The notes under the pieces were generated by a model that had not been told where the DNA came from, made no database searches, and worked only from the letters and a program-made list of their open reading frames with translations. From a virus (lineage: Duplodnaviria; Heunggongvirae; Uroviricota; Caudoviricetes): DNA of 46,987 nt. Position numbers and translations under genes: made by a program. Position 1 is the first letter of the stretch. Each line of letters starts with the position of its first letter. This document shows, one piece after another, positions 40,868 through 46,987 of the stretch. The stretch is taken from the IMG/VR virus record IMGVR_UViG_2526164667_000034. One strand, 5' to 3'.

Positions 40868-41473
40868 ATGAGCAAAGACTTTTACGCAAGACTGGCAGCT
40901 ATTCAGGAGAACTTGAACGCGCCAAAGAATCAGTACAACTCATTCGGTAAATATAAATACAGAAGCTGCGAAGACATTCTTGAAGGCGTTAAGCCGTTAC
41001 TGAATGGCCTGTTTTTATCAATCAGCGATGAAGTTGTGTTGATTGGTGATCGGTATTATGTGAAAGCCACGGCAACTATTACCGATGGCGAAAACAGTCA
41101 TACGGCAACCGCTCTTGCACGAGAGGAAGAAAGCAAGAAAGGAATGGATTCTGCACAAGTTACGGGAGCTACAAGCTCTTATGCACGCAAGTATTGCCTC
41201 AATGGTTTATTCGGCATTGATGATGCGAAAGATGCAGATACCGACGAGCATAAACATCAGCAGAACGCAGCAGCAAAGCAGTCAAAACCATCACCTACAC
41301 CTGAACAGGTTCTAAAAGCATTCACTGACGCAGCATTGCAGAAAAACACCGTGGAAGAGCTTAAACAGGCGTTCGCCAAAGCGTGGAAGATGCTCGAAGG
41401 CACACCGGAGCAGCACAAAGCGCAGGACGTTTACAACATCAGACGAGACGAATTAGAAGGAGCTGCTGCTTAA
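40868..41473 (+). CDS. erf: Erf-family single-strand annealing protein (P22 Erf-like)
   Basis: Start at MSKDFYARLAAIQENLNAPKNQYNSFGKYKYRSCEDILEGVKPLLNGLFLSISDE..., recalled as near-identical to the P22 Erf N-terminal domain. Confidence 0.9.
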   Translation: MSKDFYARLAAIQENLNAPKNQYNSFGKYKYRSCEDILEGVKPLLNGLFLSISDEVVLIGDRYYVKATATITDGENSHTATALAREEESKKGMDSAQVTGATSSYARKYCLNGLFGIDDAKDADTDEHKHQQNAAAKQSKPSPTPEQVLKAFTDAALQKNTVEELKQAFAKAWKMLEGTPEQHKAQDVYNIRRDELEGAAA

Positions 41474-41856
41474 TGGCACATTCGATTACTGTAAGACTAA
41501 ACAAGCCCGCAAGAGAGTTTCAGGCCGGGGAAAATATCGGATTCAACATCCGTGCTGGCGTTCAGTATTACGATCGCCAGACAAAAAAGAAAGAATGGAC
41601 AAACTACAGCGCCGTTGTATTTGCCAAGCCGGGAGCGCAAGCGGATTACTACCGTAGTGTTCTTGTTGAAGGTGGCATTGTGGAAATTACCGGAGAAAAC
41701 ATCAGGGTTGATGTTTATCAGGGGCAAAATGGTCAATCAATCACTCTTGAATTACTGAATGCAAAGATTGGATTTGCAGCTTCAGGAAATGGCCCGCAGC
41801 AGCAAAGTAGTAACCAGCAGAACACTCCTGTATACGACGATTCCATCCCATTCTGA
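41473..41856 (+). CDS. Single-stranded DNA-binding protein-like (OB fold with acidic DDSIPF tail)
   Basis: Track ORF 41383..41856; start at MAHSITVRLN (TAATG overlap with erf). Gln-rich linker and C-terminal ...DDSIPF typical of SSB tips. Confidence 0.7.
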   Translation: MAHSITVRLNKPAREFQAGENIGFNIRAGVQYYDRQTKKKEWTNYSAVVFAKPGAQADYYRSVLVEGGIVEITGENIRVDVYQGQNGQSITLELLNAKIGFAASGNGPQQQSSNQQNTPVYDDSIPF

Positions 41857-41879
41857 TTTAGAAAAATAAGGATTTAATT

Positions 41880-42173
41880 ATGCCAGCGCCTCTGTATGGT
41901 GCGGATGACCCACGCCGCTGTTCCGGCAATTCCGTATCGGAGGTGCTGGATAAATTCAGAAAAAACTACGATCGGATAATGTCGCTACCGCAGGAAACGA
42001 AAGAGGAAAAGGAATTTCGCCATTGTATATGGCTTGCAGAGAAAGAAGAACGCGAGCGAATTTACCAGACATCAATCCGACCATTCCGCAAAGCCACATA
42101 TACCCACTTCCCTGAAATTGACCCGCGCCTGCGTAATTACCGCTCACGCTATGGCGCTATCAGTAATGACTGA
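41880..42173 (+). CDS. Hypothetical protein (position of P22 abc anti-RecBCD genes)
   Basis: 97-aa ORF with AAGGA RBS; function inferred only from position after erf/ssb. Confidence 0.4.
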   Translation: MPAPLYGADDPRRCSGNSVSEVLDKFRKNYDRIMSLPQETKEEKEFRHCIWLAEKEERERIYQTSIRPFRKATYTHFPEIDPRLRNYRSRYGAISND

Positions 42174-42344
42174 GGAATTTACCATGAGAGGACTTGCATA
42201 CAATCCCGGCATTCTTCCGGCAGAAATGATTATTCGCCAACGCGTAAAGCCAATGCCATCGAGAGAGTAATTGCTTAAGAGAAAGAGTTTCGGTTCTGTT
42301 AATGACAACAAATATCTGAATGCTATGTGGCGGAGTGGGAAAAA

Positions 42345-42932
42345 ATGAAACAAATGTCACTAATTGAGATGGATGGTTTTCTGAAAGGTAAATGCATCCC
42401 ACGAGATCTAAAGGTTAACGAAACAAACGCTGAATATCTTGTCCGTAAGTTCGGTGAACTTGAATCAAAACTGGAAACGGCGTTGCGGGAGTGTCGTTCT
42501 GCTGGAATCACGATTGATAACCTTGAGGCCAAGTGCGCGGCGCTGGCAGCGGAGAGTGCGGGGATGAAGAAGTTCTGCAAAGACGCTGCATTCGATGCCG
42601 ATTACGAAGCAGAGCTAGGTATGGAGCGTGGTTTATTCAGTGATGCGCTTAACGAAATCAAAACCCCAGCCACCGATGCTTTCCTGGCTGAAGTACGTGC
42701 GGAAGCACGCAACGAGGGTATTAACTATGCCGCAAGCCGTCTTGCTGCTGCTTTCAACCACGGATTTATCAATAAGTCTTTACGTGAAGTTTTCGATGTT
42801 ACGCGCATGATTCTGTCAGCGAAAGAAGAGTTGGCTAATGAACCGCATCCGATTGATGGCCTGTCTGGTGAATATGCGGAGAAATCCCTTGAAGAATGGG
42901 CGGAACAGATTCGCAAAGGAGGCAACCAGTGA
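42345..42932 (+). CDS. Hypothetical early-left protein
   Basis: Track ORF 42327..42932; start chosen at MKQMSLIEMDGF with GGAGTGG RBS. Confidence 0.5.
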   Translation: MKQMSLIEMDGFLKGKCIPRDLKVNETNAEYLVRKFGELESKLETALRECRSAGITIDNLEAKCAALAAESAGMKKFCKDAAFDADYEAELGMERGLFSDALNEIKTPATDAFLAEVRAEARNEGINYAASRLAAAFNHGFINKSLREVFDVTRMILSAKEELANEPHPIDGLSGEYAEKSLEEWAEQIRKGGNQ

Positions 42933-43669
42933 GCAAGATTGACTATCAGGCACTGCGTGCCAAGGCAGAAAAAGCAACGTGTGGTGTATGGTCGCTCGAA
43001 TATGGAGAGAGCCGATTTGATTGTGATGATGCGTTAATTCATCGTGAAGTTGTTGGATATCTTCCCATTTGCAGAATTGAAGGAGCACATCCAGAAAGCG
43101 GTTTCGATGAAGATTTCCAAATGGAACAGCAGGCCAATGCTGAATTCATCGCCGCAGCCAATCCGGCTACTGTGCTGGCATTACTGGATGAACTGGAAAG
43201 AAACCAGCAATACATCAAACGCCGCGATCAGGAGAACGAGGAAATTGCGCTAACGGTAGGGAAGCTGCGTGTTGAGCTTGAGGAAGCAAAATCAAAACTC
43301 AACGAGCAGCGTGAGTATTACGAAGGTGTTATCTCGGATGGGAGTAAACGTATTGCTGAACTGGAGAAAAGCGAAGAGCAACTCATTAACGAGCGTGACC
43401 ATGCTGAGTCTGCTTTAGCTGATATGTACTTCGCAACAACCGGGGATAGGCCTGAGTGGAGTAACTGTTTCAGTTTTTCAGATGCTGTCGATGCCGTAGT
43501 TGACAGAATTGCTGATTTAGAAGCCAAACAGCCATCGCCAGTAGTACCGGAAGAAAAACCAATGCCTAACCCTCTTAGCATGTACACAGTTGATGCTGTT
43601 GCAGCTATTGCAGAGGTGAGAGGCTGGAACGCCTGCCGTGCAGCCATGCTTAAGGGAGATAAATCATGA
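42929..43669 (+). CDS. Ead/Ea22-like protein
   Basis: GTG start overlapping upstream stop. VSKIDYQALRAKAEKATCGVWSL...ANAEFIAAANPATVLALLDELE resembles lambdoid Ea22-family proteins. Confidence 0.65.
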   Translation: MSKIDYQALRAKAEKATCGVWSLEYGESRFDCDDALIHREVVGYLPICRIEGAHPESGFDEDFQMEQQANAEFIAAANPATVLALLDELERNQQYIKRRDQENEEIALTVGKLRVELEEAKSKLNEQREYYEGVISDGSKRIAELEKSEEQLINERDHAESALADMYFATTGDRPEWSNCFSFSDAVDAVVDRIADLEAKQPSPVVPEEKPMPNPLSMYTVDAVAAIAEVRGWNACRAAMLKGDKS

Positions 43670-44016
43670 TTAATCGAACCAAACTGGAGCACATCCTCGA
43701 GTATGCCAGGCAGCAGAGGCGCTTTGGCCAGCTTTGTAAAATTCTGCCAGGAGATATGGTTGAAATCGTGGAGATTGCCATGCGTAAGACTGGCAACTCT
43801 CCGGTAAGTCCGGGTGGTTGGATAAGCTGTAGTGAGCGAATGCCCGCTCAAGATGATTGGATTTTAATTTATTCAAAGCACGGTGAGTATATGGCAGGAC
43901 AGGTACAAGAGGAATACGTGGAGTTGAGCGACGGCACTTTATCGTGGTTAGGGAACGCCTTGTACTGGATGCTGCTACCAGAACCGCCGCAGGGAGTGAA
44001 TGATGAATTGGCCTGA
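43666..44016 (+). CDS. DUF551-like phage protein
   Basis: 116-aa ORF; ...WISCSERMP...DGTLSW...ALYWMLLPEPP matches the conserved DUF551 C-terminal pattern as recalled. Confidence 0.6.
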   Translation: MINRTKLEHILEYARQQRRFGQLCKILPGDMVEIVEIAMRKTGNSPVSPGGWISCSERMPAQDDWILIYSKHGEYMAGQVQEEYVELSDGTLSWLGNALYWMLLPEPPQGVNDELA

Positions 44017-44084
44017 AGCATTCACCGCTGTAGGAGTTGCAATCGCGGTGGCATTTATTCTGTATTCGCTTTTCCGCTGGGGAT
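43997..44084 (+). CDS. Very small hydrophobic peptide (about 28 aa)
   Basis: Hand-translated MMNWPEAFTAVGVAIAVAFILYSLFRWG; single TM. Below track threshold; speculative. Confidence 0.25.
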
Positions 44085-44090
44085 AAAGGA

Positions 44091-44333
44091 ATGTTCGCTC
44101 TGATTCAACGTGGTCAGATATACACCGATAGCGCCGGCTACCCGATAAAAATTCTTCGCTGCATAAACAACACTGTGTTGTACAGAAGAATGGATGGGCG
44201 AACACAGTCGGTAAAAATAAACGATTTTAATGAACTGTTTGAACGGATCGATCACCAGGAATACCGACAAATTCTGGCTGAAACAGAGCAGGAGAACCAT
44301 CTGAAAAAATTACGCGCCATGCAAAGGAGATAA
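44091..44333 (+). CDS. Hypothetical protein
   Basis: Track ORF 44037..44333; start chosen at MFALIQRGQIY with AAGGAATG context. Confidence 0.45.
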   Translation: MFALIQRGQIYTDSAGYPIKILRCINNTVLYRRMDGRTQSVKINDFNELFERIDHQEYRQILAETEQENHLKKLRAMQRR

Positions 44334-44450
44334 ACCGGTAAAGGTGTTCGCGATAAAGGTGAATATCGGCAATGAATAACAATCCTCGCACTGACGGGGA
44401 TTTCTTTTATCTGAACTCGCTACGGCGAGTTTTGTTTTATGGAGATGATT

Positions 44451-44750
44451 ATGGCCTGTTCAACATTCAACCCTTTAACGTTACAGAAATACCAGCCAGA
44501 CCCTGAAGATTTATGCTCACTGTGTGGCGGAAATCATGGTAAAGCTGCCATGATCGAATGTAAGGACAAAATCCACATATGCCTTAATTGCGTTGATGTC
44601 CTCGTTGATATCAAAAATGAAAGAGAAGATAAAAAGCGTAGCGAGGCTATTCGCGCCTTAGATTCATGGATGCGAGATGGGTATAGTGCTGCGCAAATTT
44701 ATGACTTAGCCATTTCAAAAGGCGAAATACCAGGTGTGCGAATCGAATAA
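44451..44750 (+). CDS. Hypothetical Cys-rich (zinc-binding-like) protein
   Basis: Track ORF 44439..44750; start at MACSTF with GGAG RBS. Cys pattern C..CGG...C...C..C. Confidence 0.5.
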   Translation: MACSTFNPLTLQKYQPDPEDLCSLCGGNHGKAAMIECKDKIHICLNCVDVLVDIKNEREDKKRSEAIRALDSWMRDGYSAAQIYDLAISKGEIPGVRIE

Positions 44751-44770
44751 GAAGCGCACTCAAGCATCTT

Positions 44771-44953
44771 TTGGGGAAATCACAAATGCACTTCCGAGTC
44801 ACAGGTGAATTGAATGGAGAACCATTCAACAGAGTTATCGAAGCAGAGGACATCAACGACTGCTATGACCACTGGATGATATGGGCGCAGATAGCACATG
44901 CAGACGTAACCAATATTCGAATTGAAGAACTGAAAGAACACCAAGCCGCCTGA
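44771..44953 (+). CDS. Small hypothetical protein
   Basis: 60-aa track ORF (possible internal start MHFRV) ending in a terminator hairpin. Confidence 0.35.
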   Translation: MGKSQMHFRVTGELNGEPFNRVIEAEDINDCYDHWMIWAQIAHADVTNIRIEELKEHQAA

Positions 44954-44968
44954 TGGCGGTTTTTTATT
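44945..44968 (+). terminator. Rho-independent terminator upstream of xis
   Basis: GCCGCC-TGATG-GCGGT hairpin followed by TTTTTTATT. Confidence 0.7.
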
Positions 44969-45010
44969 GCCTGATTTGCAGGTTCGATTCCCTATTCGGA
45001 GATAGCACTC

Positions 45011-45211
45011 ATGCAACACGAACTACAACCTGATTCACTGGTTGATTTGAAATTCATCATGGCTGATACTGGCTTTGGTAAAACCTTCATCTACGACCGG
45101 ATTAAGTCCGGCGACCTGCCTAAAGCCAAAGTTATCCACGGTCGAGCAAGATGGTTATATCGTGACCATTGTGAATTCAAAAATAAGCTCTTAAGCCGCG
45201 CTAATGGGTAA
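45011..45211 (+). CDS. xis: Excisionase / AlpA-family DNA-binding protein
   Basis: 66-aa ORF; ...LKFIMADTGFGKTFIYDRIKSGDLPKAKVIHGRARW... is a typical AlpA/Xis winged-helix motif. Last phage gene before attR. Confidence 0.75.
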   Translation: MQHELQPDSLVDLKFIMADTGFGKTFIYDRIKSGDLPKAKVIHGRARWLYRDHCEFKNKLLSRANG

Positions 45212-45284
45212 AATAGCGGGTAAAATATTTCTCACATCTAAAAAATACCATTCTAATCAATCCCCTGCCACTCTAAGTAGATGT

Positions 45285-45299
45285 CTGCAGGGGACACCA
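45285..45299 (+). other. attR core: 15-bp copy of the tRNA-Arg (argW) 3' end
   Basis: CTGCAGGGGACACCA equals the 3' acceptor/T-arm end of argW as recalled. Upstream sequence diverges from the tRNA, so this is the partial copy. Exact core extent not determinable from one junction. Confidence 0.6.
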
Positions 45300-45739
45300 G
45301 ATACCCTTCAAACGAAATCTACCTTCACCCCGTAAAAGATAGGTTTGGCAGCACACTTGCCTTATATCTACTCATTTTTACTGCAACAGGTTGAAATCTC
45401 AGCACTGTCAGAAAGCGCTGATGACTAAACAGCCCTGGGCCGGGCGATGTAACCATCACACAGAATCCTGATAGCGAAATATGGCGTGACTCGATACTTC
45501 ACTCCGCAATGCATTCCTTGATGAATTCGCAGGACCGTGATACACGGGACAGGTCGCTGAATGACGACAATGTCCTGGAAATCAGCGAACCGCGCATCTG
45601 AAGTACATTTGAGCGACTGTACCAGAACATGAATGAGGCGTTTGGATTAGGTGATTATTAGCAGGGCTAAGCACTTTAGTATTATTATTTTCCGGTTGAG
45701 GGATAGGGAGATATCGACAACAACCGGAAAAGTTTACGT

Positions 45740-46987
45740 CTATATTGCTGAAGGTACAGGCGTTTCCATAACTATTTGCTCGCGTTTTTTACTCAGGAAG
45801 AAAATGCCAAATAGCAACATCAGGCAGACAATACCCGAAATTGCGAAGAAAACTGTCTGGTAGCCTGCGTGGTCAAAGAGTATCCCAGTCGGCGTTGAAA
45901 GCAGCACAATCCCAAGCGAACTGGCAATTTGAAAACCAATCAGAAAGATCGTCGACGACAGGCGCTTATCAAAATTTGCCACGCTGTATTTGAAGACGGA
46001 TATGACACAAAGTGGAACCTCAATAGCATGTAACAGCTTCACTAATGAAATAATCCAGGGGTTAACGAACAGCGCGCAGGAAAGGATACGCAACGCCATA
46101 ATCACAACACCGATAAGTAATGCATTTTTTGGCCCTACCCGATTCACAAAGAAAGGAATAATCGCCATGCATAGCGCTTCGAGTACCACCTGGAATGAGT
46201 TGAGATAACCATACAGGCGCGTTCCTACATCGTGTGATTCGAATAAACCTGCATAAAAGACAGGAAAAAGTTGTTGATCAAAAATGTTATAGAAAGACCA
46301 CGTCCCCACAATAAATATGACGAAAACCCAGAAGTTTCGATCCTTGAAAACTGCGATAAAATCCTCTTTTTTTACCCCTCCCGCATCCGCCGCTACGCAC
46401 TGGTGATCCTTATCTTTAAAACACATGTTGATCATCATAAATACAGCGCCAAATAGCGAGACCAACCAGAAGTTGATATGGGGACTGATACTAAAAAATA
46501 TGCCGGCAAAGAACGCGCCAATAGCATAGCCAAAAGATCCCCAGGCGCGCGCTGTTCCATATTCGAAATGAAAATTTCGCGCCATTTTTTCGGTGAAGCT
46601 GTCAAGCAAACCGCATCCCGCCAGATACCCCAGGCCAAAAAAGAGCGCCCCCAGAATTAGACCTACAGAAAAATTGCTTTGCAGTAACGGTTCATAAACG
46701 TAAATCATAAACGGTCCGGTCAAGACCAGGATGAAACTCATACACCAGATGAGCGGTTTCTTCAGACCGAGTTTATCCTGAACGATGCCGTAGAACATCA
46801 TAAATAGAATGCTGGTAAACTGGTTGACCGAATAAAGTGTACCTAATTCCGTCCCTGTCAACCCTAGATGTCCTTTCAGCCAAATAGCGTATAACGACCA
46901 CCACAGCGACCAGGAAATAAAAAAGAGAAATGAGTAACTGGATGCAAAACGATAGTACGCATTTCTGAATGGAATATTCAGTGCCAT
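45740..46987 (-). CDS. cscB: LacY-family oligosaccharide:H+ symporter, sucrose permease CscB-like (host gene)
   Basis: 415-aa 12-TM ORF starting at the window edge. LacY-family motifs (GLKKPLIW..., FEYGTARAWGSFGYA). Recalled as CscB of the csc regulon, which maps next to argW; not verified. Confidence 0.75.
   Translation of the reverse strand: MALNIPFRNAYYRFASSYSFLFFISWSLWWSLYAIWLKGHLGLTGTELGTLYSVNQFTSILFMMFYGIVQDKLGLKKPLIWCMSFILVLTGPFMIYVYEPLLQSNFSVGLILGALFFGLGYLAGCGLLDSFTEKMARNFHFEYGTARAWGSFGYAIGAFFAGIFFSISPHINFWLVSLFGAVFMMINMCFKDKDHQCVAADAGGVKKEDFIAVFKDRNFWVFVIFIVGTWSFYNIFDQQLFPVFYAGLFESHDVGTRLYGYLNSFQVVLEALCMAIIPFFVNRVGPKNALLIGVVIMALRILSCALFVNPWIISLVKLLHAIEVPLCVISVFKYSVANFDKRLSSTIFLIGFQIASSLGIVLLSTPTGILFDHAGYQTVFFAISGIVCLMLLFGIFFLSKKREQIVMETPVPSAI

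Noticed and set aside
45212-45739. Possible full tRNA gene or integrase remnant between xis and the permease, and track ORF 45651..45863
   Set aside because: Only the last 15 nt of tRNA-Arg are present (no D-arm or anticodon arm upstream); the ORF lacks an RBS and overlaps the permease 3' end on the opposite strand.

Overview
The window is an essentially complete prophage of about 45.3 kb plus one flanking host gene. It runs from a P4-family integrase (1-1158) to an attR core (about 45285-45299) that matches the 3' end of tRNA-Arg (argW), followed by a LacY-family permease I recognise as sucrose permease CscB. The prophage is a mosaic: structural genes are P22/Sf6-like, while replication (O, P), nin region, Q, pR'/tR' and lysis genes (S, R, Rz/Rz1) are lambda-like, with a P22-type immI region (ant, arc, mnt) and a P22 gene-24-like N. 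Three different IS elements each interrupt a phage gene, with target-site duplications visible: IS2 in the tailspike gene, an IS629/IS1203-like IS3-family element in the portal gene, and IS100 at the 5' end of rha. The prophage therefore cannot make virions, yet its immunity, lysis and accessory genes look intact. The best candidates for an undescribed system are three low-GC accessory loci at classic lysogen-expressed positions: (i) a three-gene cassette translationally coupled to mnt in the sieA slot (7699-8940), (ii) a small membrane protein co-transcribed with cI in the rexAB slot (37119-37415), and (iii) an AT-rich island in the early-left operon (38103-40156) that includes an opposite-strand zinc-ribbon protein. 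None could be assigned a function from sequence alone. All identifications are from reading the sequence and recalled protein families; no database search was run, and hand-derived coordinates may be off by 1-2 nt.
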